A stretch of DNA of 64,000 nt from Gammaproteobacteria bacterium (GTDB taxonomy: Bacteria; Pseudomonadota; Gammaproteobacteria; DRLM01). Position 1 is the stretch's first letter; the number at the start of each line of letters is the position of its first letter. Location of the stretch: contig JAHFRV010000001.1 in NCBI GenBank assembly GCA_023266095.1, positions 64,110 through 128,109 of the forward strand, in the 5' to 3' direction. The notes beneath the pieces are model-generated. The model saw nothing but the letters and a program-made list of their open reading frames with translations, ran no database searches and had not been told where the DNA came from. Shown piece after piece: positions 1-11,754 of this stretch. A program made the position numbers and the translations under genes.

Positions 1-1
1 C

Positions 2-820
2 GGCAAATCGACTTCACTGGCTTCGCTCATCGATTTCCGCAATAGCAATAGTGCGGGCCACATCATCACCATCGAGGATCCGGTGGAGTTCATGCACCGT
101 CATAAAAAATCCATCGTCAATCAGCGCGAGGTGGGCATCGATACCCTCAGCTACACCGAGGCATTGAAAAACACCTTGCGTCAGGCGCCGGACGTGATTT
201 TAATCGGTGAGATACGCGACCGCGAAACCATGGATCACGCCATTGCCTTCGCCGAGACCGGCCACTTGTGCCTGTCTACTCTGCATGCCAACAGCGCCAA
301 CCAGGCTTTGGACCGTATCATCAACTTTTTTCCCGAAGAGCGGCGCAAACAATTGCTGATGGATTTGTCGCTCAATATCCGCGGCATCGTCTCGCAACGC
401 CTCATCCCCACCAAGGACGGCAAACGCACGGTGGCGGTCGAAGTGCTGCTGGGTACGCCGATGATCTGTGACCTCATTCTTAAAGGCGAGGTGCACAAAA
501 TCAAAGAGATCATGGACAAGTCGGAAAATATCGGCATGCAGACTTTCGACGGCGCCTTATACCGGCTCTACAAGGCCGGCAAGATTTCCATAGAAGAAGC
601 TTTGCGCAACGCCGATTCGCAGAATAATTTACGGCTGCGCATCAGCCTCGAGGAACGCGCCCTCGGCGGCGAAGCCGAGACCCCACCGCTTACTCCCAAC
701 GAGCCGGCCGCCGCGACGGCTAAACCCTCGCCAGGGCCGACGGCCGCCGCGGCGGCTAGCCCGTCCGGGCTGTCGCTCAGCCTGGTCGAAGACGATGACA
801 ATTCCAGCTTCGGCCGTTAA
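2..820 (+). CDS. pilU: Type IV pilus retraction ATPase, PilT/PilU family (PilU-like), 5'-truncated by window edge; C-terminal Ala/Pro-rich tail
   Basis: ORF in frame from position 2; conserved PilU-like core ...NTLRQAPDVILIGEIRDRETMDHAIAFAETGHLCLSTLHANSANQALDRIINFFP...; no start codon in window. Confidence 0.8.
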   Translation, partial: GKSTSLASLIDFRNSNSAGHIITIEDPVEFMHRHKKSIVNQREVGIDTLSYTEALKNTLRQAPDVILIGEIRDRETMDHAIAFAETGHLCLSTLHANSANQALDRIINFFPEERRKQLLMDLSLNIRGIVSQRLIPTKDGKRTVAVEVLLGTPMICDLILKGEVHKIKEIMDKSENIGMQTFDGALYRLYKAGKISIEEALRNADSQNNLRLRISLEERALGGEAETPPLTPNEPAAATAKPSPGPTAAAAASPSGLSLSLVEDDDNSSFGR

Positions 821-852
821 TCACCGCTCGATACGCAAAGAAATACGCAAAG

Positions 853-889
853 AAAAAGCCCCCGCCGGCTACCCGGCGGGGGCTTTTTT
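853..889. terminator. Bidirectional rho-independent terminator between convergent pilU and groEL (A-run, GCCCCCGCCGG stem, CTAC loop, T-run)
   Basis: Perfect 11-bp GC stem flanked by A5 and T6 runs, seen in sequence. Confidence 0.6.
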
Positions 890-919
890 AGGTCATGGCT
901 AAACGTCGAGAACCGACGA

Positions 920-2602
<1,683 letters not shown>

Positions 2603-2893
2603 TTAAGCTTCCAAAACGGCCATGATGTCGTCTTCACGCATCACCAGCAGCTCCTGGCCATCGACTTTCACTTCGGTGCCCGAGTACTTGCCGTACAGCA
2701 CCTTGTCGCCGACTTTCACATCCAGGGGACGCACGTCGCCGTTTTCGAGAATCTTACCCTTGCCCACGGCAATGATTTCGCCACGGACCGGCTTCTCGGC
2801 AGCGCTGTCGGGAATCACGATACCCCCAGCCGTTTTACGCTCTTCATCCAAACGGCGGACGATAACACGATCATGTAAAGGACGGACTTTCAT
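2603..2893 (-). CDS. groS: Co-chaperonin GroES
   Basis: 96-aa [38 protein letters not shown]...; 36 bp upstream of groEL. Confidence 0.97.
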   Translation of the reverse strand: MKVRPLHDRVIVRRLDEERKTAGGIVIPDSAAEKPVRGEIIAVGKGKILENGDVRPLDVKVGDKVLYGKYSGTEVKVDGQELLVMREDDIMAVLEA

Positions 2894-2964
2894 TCTTGAT
2901 CTCCCTATAATTCAAAAATTTGAACAATGATGATCATTATTCGCCAAAGCGTGGCGAGCACTTG

Positions 2965-2991
2965 TTAGCACTCTCACCAAGTGAGTGCCAA
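2965..2991. promoter_or_regulatory. CIRCE inverted repeat (HrcA operator) TTAGCACTC-N9-GAGTGCCAA upstream of groES
   Basis: Near-perfect match to CIRCE consensus TTAGCACTC-N9-GAGTGCTAA in the groES leader. Confidence 0.7.
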
Positions 2992-3017
2992 TAATGATAG
3001 TGGCGAAAACCTGAGAG

Positions 3018-3047
3018 TCAAGGTGGGGGGACGAAAAAAACTTCAAG
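3018..3047 (-). promoter_or_regulatory. Putative sigma32-type heat-shock promoter for groESL (-35 CTTGAAG, -10-like CCCCCACCT on the minus strand)
   Basis: Reverse complement reads CTTGAAG-N12-CCCCCACCTT, resembling sigma32 consensus CTTGAA / CCCCATNT; lies upstream of CIRCE. Confidence 0.35.
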
Positions 3048-3501
3048 ACCGGGGCGGGCGGTCTTCCTCGCGGCTGAAGTCGCCCTCGATGGTGCGCTGG
3101 CTTTCCCCTGACGGGGAACCTGGCCCTTTATTCACGGGCACGAGTACCAGGCGGCTCAACAGCCAGCGCGCACCAGACCGGCGCAGCGTCGGGATCAGAC
3201 ACAGCAACCCCACGATATCGGTCGCGAAACCGGGAATCAGCAATAAAATACCCCCCAGCAGAACCATCCCCCCTTCCAACAAGTCCAGGGCGGGAAGTTG
3301 GCCGCGCGCCAGGGACGCACTCGTCCGCCGCCAGGCCAGAAAACCTTGTACGCGGATCAACAGCACGCCCAATACGGCGGAGAGCATCACCAATAACAAG
3401 GTCGGCCACGCGCCGATGAGACCGCCCACTTTGATCAATAGATAGATCTCCAGCGCCGGGACGACGATGAATAAGAGCAATAACCAACGAAGTACCTTCA
3501 T
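3043..3501 (-). CDS. fxsA: FxsA family inner-membrane protein
   Basis: MKVLRWLLLLFIVVPALEIYLLIKVGGLIGAWPTLLLVML... FxsA signature; start placed at internal Met (ORF-track start lies 21 codons upstream); groES-adjacent as in E. coli. Confidence 0.75.
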   Translation of the reverse strand: MKVLRWLLLLFIVVPALEIYLLIKVGGLIGAWPTLLLVMLSAVLGVLLIRVQGFLAWRRTSASLARGQLPALDLLEGGMVLLGGILLLIPGFATDIVGLLCLIPTLRRSGARWLLSRLVLVPVNKGPGSPSGESQRTIEGDFSREEDRPPRS

Positions 3502-3595
3502 GCGCGCCAAGGTACAGGGGTGGGCGGAGAAGCTCAAGGCGCGCGCATGGCCCCGGCGGCACACCCGCTGCCCTTCTCTGTTAATCTAGGCCACC

Positions 3596-3922
3596 ATGAA
3601 TCATAACCATTATGTCGTATTGACCACCTGCCCCAACGCCGACACCGCCGGTGCGATCGCCGACGCCCTGGTGGAACAGGGCCACGCCGCCTGCGTCAAT
3701 ATCGTCGGCGGCCTGCGTTCGATATATATGTGGAAGGGCGCGCGGGAAAGCGCGGAAGAATATCTGCTGATCATCAAGACCACTCAAAGCGCTTACCCAG
3801 CCCTGGAACAAGCCATCGTGGCCTTGCATCCCTACGAACTTCCTGAAATCATCGCGGTCCCAATGGCAGCCGGCCTGCCCGGCTATTTGGACTGGATCAC
3901 CACCGCCTGTGCGCGGTCATAA
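3596..3922 (+). CDS. cutA: Divalent-cation tolerance protein CutA
   Basis: 108 aa; CutA1-like ...CVNIVGGLRSIYMWKGARESAEEYLLIIKT...; immediately upstream of dsbD as in the E. coli cutA-dsbD operon. Confidence 0.85.
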   Translation: MNHNHYVVLTTCPNADTAGAIADALVEQGHAACVNIVGGLRSIYMWKGARESAEEYLLIIKTTQSAYPALEQAIVALHPYELPEIIAVPMAAGLPGYLDWITTACARS

Positions 3923-3952
3923 AATCAGCCGGAGCCAATCCGGCATTAATAT

Positions 3953-6316
3953 TTGTCAAGCATGCACAGCACATTAACCGGGATGCAGTCACAGGTGAGC
4001 GCAATCAAGCCAGCCACCACGAATCCGCCGCTACGGCGCACCCTCAGCCTTCGCAGCGGCTGGCGGGCCGCGTTGACGGTCATCGCACTTTGGTTATGCG
4101 GCTTCGGTCCCGCTCATGCCATTGACGCCAAAGACCTGTTGCCGCCGGACCAGGCTTATTCCTTCTCCGCCCGCAGCCTCGCCGCCGACATGGTGCGGGT
4201 GGAATGGCGCATCGCCGACGGCTATTACCTTTACCGCGACAAGCTGCGTTTTGAATCCGATCAGGGCGAGGTCGGGCTCGGCACACCGGTGCTGCCGCCG
4301 CCCACCGAGACCAAGACTGACGAGTTCTTCGGCAAAATGGCCATTTACCGCGGCACCCTCACCGTGGACATTCCCCTGCTGCGCGGCCGCGACGACCCCA
4401 CCAGCCAATTCACCCTGCGCGCCCATTCCCAAGGGTGCGCCGACGTCGGCGTGTGTTTCCCGCCCCACACTCAAACCGCCAACCTGCAATTGATCGACGC
4501 GCCCCCGGCGGCCGGCAATGGCGGCGGACTACGCGGCCTCTTTTCTTCGCTCGGCGACAAACTGGGGCTGAAATCCCAGCAGGAGGCATTTCTCGATCCA
4601 GAGCAGGCCTTTGTGGTCACCATCGATACCCCCGCCCCCGATCGCGCTGTCGCCCGCTGGCAAATCGCCGAAGGTTATTATCTTTACCGCGACAAATTCG
4701 CCTTCGCCTTGCATGACGCGGAAGGGGTAGCCCTCGGCAGTTACACCTTCCCGCCCGGCGTCGAAAAAGTAGACGAGAGCTTCGGCCGCAGCGAGGTTTA
4801 CCACAATCACGTCAGCTTCGAACTCCCCCTGACGCGTAATACCACGAGCGCGCAAGTGGTGACGCTGGAAGTCCGTTATCAAGGTTGTGCCGATGCGGGT
4901 TTGTGTTATCCGCCCATCATCAAAAACCTGCCGGTGAGTCTGCCGGCCGCAGGCAGCGCCGTCGCCGCGAACCCACCCGCCCTCCCGTCCAGCATCGGCG
5001 GATTCATCTCCGAGCAAGACCGCTACGCCCAATCGCTGCAAAGCGGCGACCGTCTCGCCACCCTCTTAAGTTTTTTCGGTGTAGGCATCCTGCTGGCCTT
5101 CACCCCCTGCATATTCCCCATGCTGCCCATCCTCTCGACACTAATAGTGGGTCAAGGCGCCGCTGTGACCACCCGGCGGGCCTTCAGCCTGTCGCTGGCC
5201 TATGTGCTGGCGATGGCCGTCACCTACACCATTGCGGGAATCTTGGCGGGCTTGTTCGGCGCCAACCTGCAAACAGCCTTTCAAAACCCATGGATCATCG
5301 GTGGCTTCAGCGTGTTATTCGTCGTGCTGGCGCTGGGCATGTTCGGTTTTTACAACCTGCAAGTGCCGGCCAGCTGGCAGACCAAGCTCAGCGAACTCAG
5401 CAATCGGCAAAAGAGTGGCACCCTGATCGGCGCCGCGGTGATGGGTTTCCTCTCCGCCCTCATCGTCGGCCCCTGCGTGGCCGCGCCACTGGCGGGTGCA
5501 TTGATCTACATCGGCCAGACCGGTGACGCGGTACTGGGCGGCTTCGCCTTATTCGCCATGAGCATGGGCATGGGCTTGCCCTTGTTGGCGATCGGCACCT
5601 CGGCCGGTAAGTGGCTGCCCAAGGTCAGCGGGTGGATGAATACCGTCAAGGCCATCTTCGGCGTCTTACTGTTGGCCCTTGCGATCTGGATGCTGGAGCG
5701 CGTCATCCCGCCGCAACTCGGCCTGGTGTTGTGGGGCATCCTGCTCATCATCACGGCGGTCTACATGGGTGCCTTCGACCGGTTGCTGCCCGACGCTACC
5801 GGCTGGCGCAAATTGTGGAAAGGCTCGGGCCTGGTGCTTATGTTATACGGCGCTTTGCTGCTGGTGGGCGCCGCCGGTGGCGGCAACGATGTATTGCAAC
5901 CCTTGCGCGGCGTCAGCTTCGCCTCATCGTCCGGCGCCAACGAAACACACGACCTCCGCTTCACCCGCATCAAGGGCCAGGACGGCCTCAACCAAGCCTT
6001 GGCCGGCGCCAACGGTAAAACCGTGATGCTGGACTTCTATGCTGACTGGTGCGTGAGCTGCAAAGAAATGGAGCGCAACACCTTCTCCGATGCCAAAGTG
6101 CAAGCCGCCTTGGCGAACACCCTTCTGTTACAGGCCGACGTCACCGCCAACGACCAGCAAGACCAAGCCCTGCTCAAACAATTCGGTCTGTTCGGTCCGC
6201 CCGGCATCGTCTTTTTCGACGCTCGCGGCACGGAACAGCGGCCCTATCGATTGGTGGGTTACCTCGGGCCCGAGGCCTTCGCGGCTCATATCCACCGAAC
6301 CTTCAACGGCTCATAA
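3953..6316 (+). CDS. dsbD: Thiol:disulfide interchange protein DsbD (N-terminal periplasmic domain, 8-TM core, C-terminal thioredoxin domain)
   Basis: 787 aa; signal peptide, central polytopic region, C-terminal ...FYADWCVSCKEMERNTF... thioredoxin motif; start may be an internal Met. Confidence 0.9.
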   Translation: MSSMHSTLTGMQSQVSAIKPATTNPPLRRTLSLRSGWRAALTVIALWLCGFGPAHAIDAKDLLPPDQAYSFSARSLAADMVRVEWRIADGYYLYRDKLRFESDQGEVGLGTPVLPPPTETKTDEFFGKMAIYRGTLTVDIPLLRGRDDPTSQFTLRAHSQGCADVGVCFPPHTQTANLQLIDAPPAAGNGGGLRGLFSSLGDKLGLKSQQEAFLDPEQAFVVTIDTPAPDRAVARWQIAEGYYLYRDKFAFALHDAEGVALGSYTFPPGVEKVDESFGRSEVYHNHVSFELPLTRNTTSAQVVTLEVRYQGCADAGLCYPPIIKNLPVSLPAAGSAVAANPPALPSSIGGFISEQDRYAQSLQSGDRLATLLSFFGVGILLAFTPCIFPMLPILSTLIVGQGAAVTTRRAFSLSLAYVLAMAVTYTIAGILAGLFGANLQTAFQNPWIIGGFSVLFVVLALGMFGFYNLQVPASWQTKLSELSNRQKSGTLIGAAVMGFLSALIVGPCVAAPLAGALIYIGQTGDAVLGGFALFAMSMGMGLPLLAIGTSAGKWLPKVSGWMNTVKAIFGVLLLALAIWMLERVIPPQLGLVLWGILLIITAVYMGAFDRLLPDATGWRKLWKGSGLVLMLYGALLLVGAAGGGNDVLQPLRGVSFASSSGANETHDLRFTRIKGQDGLNQALAGANGKTVMLDFYADWCVSCKEMERNTFSDAKVQAALANTLLLQADVTANDQQDQALLKQFGLFGPPGIVFFDARGTEQRPYRLVGYLGPEAFAAHIHRTFNGS

Positions 6317-6328
6317 CAGGGAATCAGC

Positions 6329-6895
6329 ATGGCCGTCAGCGACCTTCTCAAACGACCCGCCGTCGTTTTCTCCGCCATCGCCCTGATAGGTGTGGTGTTC
6401 GCGGCCGCCGGGATATTCAGCGAACTCTCGGACAAAAAACAACAGGCGCAGGATCCGGCCGCAGTGAAAGGTATCGTCAGCCAACCCCGCCCCGAGTTCA
6501 CCCTGCCCGACCTTACCGGCGCCCCGCACGCCATCAAAGAATGGGATGGCAAGGTAATCGCGATTAACTTCTGGGCTACCTGGTGTCCGCCCTGCAAACG
6601 GGAGATTCCCAGCTTCAACGCCTTGCAAGCGGAAATGGGCGCGGCCGGCCTGCAGTTCGTCGGCATCGCCATCGACGACCATAAATCCGTCGTGGAGTAC
6701 ACCCAAGACACTACTATCAGTTACCCGGTGCTGGTGAGCGAGGACGACGGCATCGCGGTCGCCCAGCAATACGGCAATACGACAGGGATACTGCCCTATA
6801 CTGTGATCATCGACCGCCAAGGTCGGGTTGCCTTCGCCCGTTACGGCGAGCTCAGCGAGGCTACGGCACGCCAAGTCATACTCTCCCTGCTCTAA
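6329..6895 (+). CDS. TlpA/ResA/DsbE-like membrane-anchored thiol-disulfide oxidoreductase (redoxin)
   Basis: N-terminal TM anchor, WATWCPPCKREIP thioredoxin active site. Confidence 0.8.
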   Translation: MAVSDLLKRPAVVFSAIALIGVVFAAAGIFSELSDKKQQAQDPAAVKGIVSQPRPEFTLPDLTGAPHAIKEWDGKVIAINFWATWCPPCKREIPSFNALQAEMGAAGLQFVGIAIDDHKSVVEYTQDTTISYPVLVSEDDGIAVAQQYGNTTGILPYTVIIDRQGRVAFARYGELSEATARQVILSLL

Positions 6896-7095
6896 TCTGC
6901 TCACTCAACTAAAAGAGACCAATTCGCAGCGATCTGCTGCGAAAGGCCGGTAATATTTATCCATGTGGACAAACTCAACCTCGCCATGCAGAATGATGGC
7001 GCGTGGTGGCAAGGCAAATCCTGCCGCATCGCAGACGGGGCGTGCTGCCTGTGCAAGGCACATAGTGCACGCCTGGAGGGAGAGCAAGGAAACCC

Positions 7096-7554
7096 ATGGC
7101 TAGATTGCTGGTATTGCACGGACCCAATTTGAATTTGCTCGGCAGCCGCGAGCCGAGCTTGTACGGCCACGTCACTCTGACCACCATCAATAACGAACTG
7201 GAGAGTGCCGCGCTAGCACAAGGCCACCAACTGCTGTGCTTCCAAAGTAACGCCGAACATGCCTTGATCGAACGCATTCACGCCGCCACACAGGAAGAGG
7301 TCGCCTTCATCATCTTCAATCCGGCGGCCTACACCCACACCAGCGTGGCGCTGCGCGACGCGCTCCTGGCGGTGAATATCCCGTTTATCGAAGTACATTT
7401 ATCGAACATCTACGCCCGCGAGGCCTTCCGCCACCACTCGTATTTTTCCGACGTGGCGGTGGCTGTGATCAGCGGCTGCGGGGCCCAGGGTTATCAATTA
7501 GCGTTGCAGGTCGCCCTGCAACGGCTTGTGCACAACACATCAGGTAGCGAATAG
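7096..7554 (+). CDS. aroQ: 3-dehydroquinate dehydratase type II
   Basis: [24 protein letters not shown]... and [19 protein letters not shown] motifs; aroQ-accBC synteny. Confidence 0.9.
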   Translation: MARLLVLHGPNLNLLGSREPSLYGHVTLTTINNELESAALAQGHQLLCFQSNAEHALIERIHAATQEEVAFIIFNPAAYTHTSVALRDALLAVNIPFIEVHLSNIYAREAFRHHSYFSDVAVAVISGCGAQGYQLALQVALQRLVHNTSGSE

Positions 7555-7558
7555 AAAC

Positions 7559-8008
7559 ATGGACATTCGTAAAGTCAAAAAACTCATAGAACTCATCGAG
7601 GAATCCGGCATCGCGGAGATCGAGATTCGCGAAGGGGAAGAATCGGTGCGTATCAGCCGTTATGCCCCGCCGAGCGCCCACGCCATGATGACCCCGGCCA
7701 TGTATGCTCCGCCGCCGGTCACGGCCTCTGCGCCGACCCCGGTGACCGAGGCCGCCAAGAGCGACATTCCGACCGGCCACGTCGTGATCAGCCCCATGGT
7801 AGGCACCTTTTACCGCTCCTCCGCGCCCGGCAATAAATCCTTTGTCGAAATCGGCCAGCGTGTGAATGTGGGCGATACGCTGTGCATCATCGAAGCAATG
7901 AAAATGTTCAATCAGATCGAAGCGGACCAAGCGGGGCCGATCAAAGCCATCCTGGTCGAAAACGGCCAGCCGGTTGAATACGGCCAGCCCCTGTTCATCA
8001 TTGAATAG
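7559..8008 (+). CDS. accB: Biotin carboxyl carrier protein of acetyl-CoA carboxylase
   Basis: [23 protein letters not shown]... and biotinyl EAMKM motif; start set at internal Met of the listed ORF. Confidence 0.92.
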   Translation: MDIRKVKKLIELIEESGIAEIEIREGEESVRISRYAPPSAHAMMTPAMYAPPPVTASAPTPVTEAAKSDIPTGHVVISPMVGTFYRSSAPGNKSFVEIGQRVNVGDTLCIIEAMKMFNQIEADQAGPIKAILVENGQPVEYGQPLFIIE

Positions 8009-8048
8009 CCAATAAACCGAGTCGGTCAGCTCACGGTGAATACATCTC

Positions 8049-9398
8049 ATGTTGGATAAAGTCGTCATCGCCAATCGCGGCGAAATCGCCCTGCGCATCT
8101 GGCGCGCCTGCAAAGAACTCGGCATCAAAACCGTCGCCGTGCACTCCACCGCCGACCGAGATCTCAAACACGTGCGGCTCGCCGATGAATCGGTGTGTAT
8201 CGGCCCGCCCGCCGCCGCCAAAAGTTATTTGAACATCCCGGCGGTGATCAGCGCCGCCGAAGTCACCGATGCGGTGGCCATCCATCCCGGTTACGGCTTC
8301 TTGTCGGAAAACGCCGACTTCGCCGAGGCGGTGGACCGCAGCGGCTTCATCTTCATCGGCCCCCGGCCCGACACCATCCGTCTGATGGGCGACAAGATCT
8401 CGGCCAAGGCGGCCATGAAAAAGGCCGGCATTCCCTGCGTGCCCGGCTCTGACGGCCCCATTCCGGAAAATCCCGACGAAGTCATCGCCATGGCCAGAGA
8501 CATCGGCTACCCGATCATCATCAAAGCCGCGGGCGGCGGCGGCGGTCGCGGCATGCGGGTGGTGCACGGCGAGGCCACCCTGCTCGATTCCCTGTCCCTC
8601 ACTAAAAGTGAGGCGGCCTCGGCCTTCGGCAATGACACGGTGTACATGGAGAAATTCCTGCAAACGCCGCGTCACATCGAATTCCAAGTATTGGCTGACG
8701 GCCAGGGCAACGCCATTCATTTGGGTGAACGCGACTGCTCGATGCAGCGCCGCCACCAAAAGGTCATCGAGGAATCCCCCGCGCCGGGTCTCTCGGAAAA
8801 ACTCCGCAACAAGATCGGCGAACGCTGCGCCGAGGCCTGCCGTAAAATCGGTTACCGCGGCGCCGGCACCTTCGAGTTCCTCTTCGAAAACGACGAATTC
8901 TATTTCATCGAAATGAACACCCGCCTGCAGGTCGAGCATCCGGTGACCGAGATGATCACCGGCGTGGACATCGTCAAGGAACAGCTTAAAATCGCCGCGG
9001 GCGAACCGCTTTCGTACAAACAAAAAGACATCCAATTCCGCGGCCACGCCATCGAGTGCCGCATCAACGCGGAAGATCCCAAGACTTTCACGCCCTCGCC
9101 GGGCGCGATCACGCTCTATCATCCGCCGGGCGGGCCGGGCATCCGAGTGGATTCCCATCTCTATTCCGGCTATGTCGTGCCGCCCTATTACGACTCGATG
9201 ATCGGCAAGATCATCGCCTACGGCGACGACCGCGAGCGGGCCCTGGCGCGCATGCGCACCGCGCTCACCGAAATGGTGGTGGAAGGCATCAAGACCAACA
9301 TCCTGCTGCACCGCGACATCCTCAACGACAACGCCTTCCAGGCCGGCGGCACCCACATCCATTTTCTGGAAAAGAAACTCAAACTCGCGGGGAGTTAA
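8049..9398 (+). CDS. accC: Biotin carboxylase
   Basis: 449 aa [17 protein letters not shown]... ATP-grasp biotin carboxylase. Confidence 0.97.
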   Translation: MLDKVVIANRGEIALRIWRACKELGIKTVAVHSTADRDLKHVRLADESVCIGPPAAAKSYLNIPAVISAAEVTDAVAIHPGYGFLSENADFAEAVDRSGFIFIGPRPDTIRLMGDKISAKAAMKKAGIPCVPGSDGPIPENPDEVIAMARDIGYPIIIKAAGGGGGRGMRVVHGEATLLDSLSLTKSEAASAFGNDTVYMEKFLQTPRHIEFQVLADGQGNAIHLGERDCSMQRRHQKVIEESPAPGLSEKLRNKIGERCAEACRKIGYRGAGTFEFLFENDEFYFIEMNTRLQVEHPVTEMITGVDIVKEQLKIAAGEPLSYKQKDIQFRGHAIECRINAEDPKTFTPSPGAITLYHPPGGPGIRVDSHLYSGYVVPPYYDSMIGKIIAYGDDRERALARMRTALTEMVVEGIKTNILLHRDILNDNAFQAGGTHIHFLEKKLKLAGS

Positions 9399-9570
9399 AC
9401 ATCGTCCGGCTATTACCCACGGAAGCAAATCGACCGGCCCCTTACACCGCGCGGGCTGACCGAGGACGTACCGGCTAGGTTTCGAGTGAATACCGTGATG
9501 ATTTCTCTCGTAACCTTTACTCACTCACCGGCGGCAGCGAACACGCCCACTCCATACATCGAAACACAGC

Positions 9571-10464
9571 ATGCCTTGGCTACAAATCACCATTGAAACC
9601 CGCGAAACCGATGCGGAACGCCTCGCCGAGGCCCTGCACGAGGCGGGCGCGGCGGCGGTCACTCTGCAAGACGCTGCCGATCAGCCTTTGTTTCAACTCG
9701 AACCGGGCGACAGCCCGCTGTGGGCCAACACGCATGTGATCGGTCTGTTCGCCGCCGACAGCGACACCGCCGCGATACTGGCACAGCTGCGAAGCGGCGC
9801 GGCGGAGGCTCCTCCACTGCGCACCCGTGTCGACACGCTGCCCGATCAAGACTGGGAACGGGCCTGGATGGATCAATTTCATCCTATCCGCTTCGGCCGC
9901 CGGCTGTGGGTCTGTCCCCGCTGGCTCACCCCGCCGGACCCGGCCGCGGTGAACATCATGCTCGATCCGGGCCTGGCCTTCGGCACCGGCACCCACGCCA
10001 CCACCGCCCTTTGCCTGGAATGGCTGGACGGCGAGGATCTCGCCAATCAAACCGTCATCGATTTCGGCTGCGGCTCGGGCATACTCGCCATCGCCGCCGC
10101 CAAACTCGGCGCCGCCCGGGTGTGGGCGGTGGATCACGACCCGCAAGCCCTGCTCGCCACCCGCGACAACGCTGAGGTCAACGGCGTCGAAACCATCATC
10201 TCGGTCTGCACCGCGGAAAACTTGCCGGCGATGCACGCCGATGTGTTACTCGCCAACATCCTCGCCGCGCCGCTGATCAGCCTGAGGCCACGTTTCGCCC
10301 AATTGCTGCCGCCCGGCGGCCGCATCGTGCTGTCGGGCATCCTCGCCGAACAGGCCGAGGAGGTACTGGAAAATTACCGCGCTTGGTTTACCATGGCCCC
10401 CATCACCGTGCGCGAGGGTTGGGTCCGCGCCCACGGCCGACGCAACAACACACCCGCCGCGTAG
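9571..10464 (+). CDS. prmA: Ribosomal protein L11 methyltransferase
   Basis: 297 aa; MPWLQITIET..., DFGCGSGILAI SAM motif. Confidence 0.9.
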   Translation: MPWLQITIETRETDAERLAEALHEAGAAAVTLQDAADQPLFQLEPGDSPLWANTHVIGLFAADSDTAAILAQLRSGAAEAPPLRTRVDTLPDQDWERAWMDQFHPIRFGRRLWVCPRWLTPPDPAAVNIMLDPGLAFGTGTHATTALCLEWLDGEDLANQTVIDFGCGSGILAIAAAKLGAARVWAVDHDPQALLATRDNAEVNGVETIISVCTAENLPAMHADVLLANILAAPLISLRPRFAQLLPPGGRIVLSGILAEQAEEVLENYRAWFTMAPITVREGWVRAHGRRNNTPAA

Positions 10465-10491
10465 CGGACTTACAAGGAAGTCACCGCCGCC

Positions 10492-11637
10492 ATGTACACC
10501 CAGTGCCCCCAGTGCGCGACCGTCTTCCGCATCAACGCCGGCCAGCTCGCCCAAGCCCGCGGCCAGGTACGCTGCGGCGTATGCGAACACGGCTTCAATG
10601 CCCTGGAATCGCTCAGCGAACGGCCGGAACGCTATACCCAGGCCGCCGCCGGCATGACATCGTCCATCGATGCGCATGAATCCACCTCGATGGTGGCGAT
10701 CGCCGACACCGACCGCTCGACGCAACCGACGACCGATCATCGCAGCGGTCAAGAGACGCCCGCCATTTCATCCAGCACGGCGGCAACGACGTCCGGCCCA
10801 TCTCTTTATGAAAGACTGGCGGATTTCATTGTGCAAACCAATGGCACCGAATCTGCTAGCCCGTCAGCGGTGCATTCTGCGGCGCCCTTGCAAACCACAC
10901 CGACTGACGACACCGAACCGCTGCCGCCGGCCGCTCAAGCCGCCCCCGGCCTGCGCGAGATCAAACCCATCAGCGCCGGCGAACACGGCCGCGCCACCTA
11001 CGCGCCGTGGGTACCATTGGATCCATTGGTGGAGACAGCGCGCCGCGAACCGACGGTCAGCCCGCTGGACCCCGACCTGCTCCGCGATGAAAACACCGGC
11101 CTCACGCCCGTCAGCATCGAACCCCGGCCCAGCGCGGTGATGCCGGCGGCCAGTGAAACCGGTGGCGGGTGGAAAATCGCCGCCTGGGCGCTGGCCAATA
11201 TCGCGCTGATCGCGGTGCTACTCGGGCAATACGCCTACTTCAATCGCGAGGAACTGACGCAGTACCCCGACCTGCGCCCCTGGCTCACCCCGTTTTGCGA
11301 TGTCCTCGGCTGCGACGTGCCTCTGTTAAAAGACCCCAGCCGCATCAGTCTCGCCAATCGGGTGGTGCAATCCCATCCCGGCCACGAACATGCCTTGCTT
11401 ATCGACGCTACTCTGGTTAACGAAGCGGCCTTCACCCAGGCCTACCCGGAGCTGGAGCTACGCTTTTCCGACCTCGACAATCAACTGGTGGCCGGACGCC
11501 GCTTCCGTCCCGCCGAATACCTGCCGCCGGGTACCGATATCCCAAAAGGTATGACGCCGCGCCAACCCGTGAGATTTTCTTTGGAGATCGCCGATCCCGG
11601 CAAACAAGCGGTCAGCTTTCAATTCAACTTGTTATAA
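10492..11637 (+). CDS. MJ0042-type zinc-ribbon / DUF3426 membrane protein (conserved between prmA and dusB in Pseudomonas-like genomes)
   Basis: MYTQCPQCATVFRINAGQLAQARGQVRCGVCEHGFNA zinc ribbon, low-complexity linker, single TM, conserved C-terminal domain. Confidence 0.7.
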   Translation: MYTQCPQCATVFRINAGQLAQARGQVRCGVCEHGFNALESLSERPERYTQAAAGMTSSIDAHESTSMVAIADTDRSTQPTTDHRSGQETPAISSSTAATTSGPSLYERLADFIVQTNGTESASPSAVHSAAPLQTTPTDDTEPLPPAAQAAPGLREIKPISAGEHGRATYAPWVPLDPLVETARREPTVSPLDPDLLRDENTGLTPVSIEPRPSAVMPAASETGGGWKIAAWALANIALIAVLLGQYAYFNREELTQYPDLRPWLTPFCDVLGCDVPLLKDPSRISLANRVVQSHPGHEHALLIDATLVNEAAFTQAYPELELRFSDLDNQLVAGRRFRPAEYLPPGTDIPKGMTPRQPVRFSLEIADPGKQAVSFQFNLL

Positions 11638-11754
11638 AAACATCATGACGCGCGGGGCCAGATCGCGGAAAAAACACCACGATGCTAGCCCTTTATCCCC
11701 CCCGGGGTTGGGAGTATCATGCGCCGCTTTCCCCAGAACTATAGATAGCCCACC

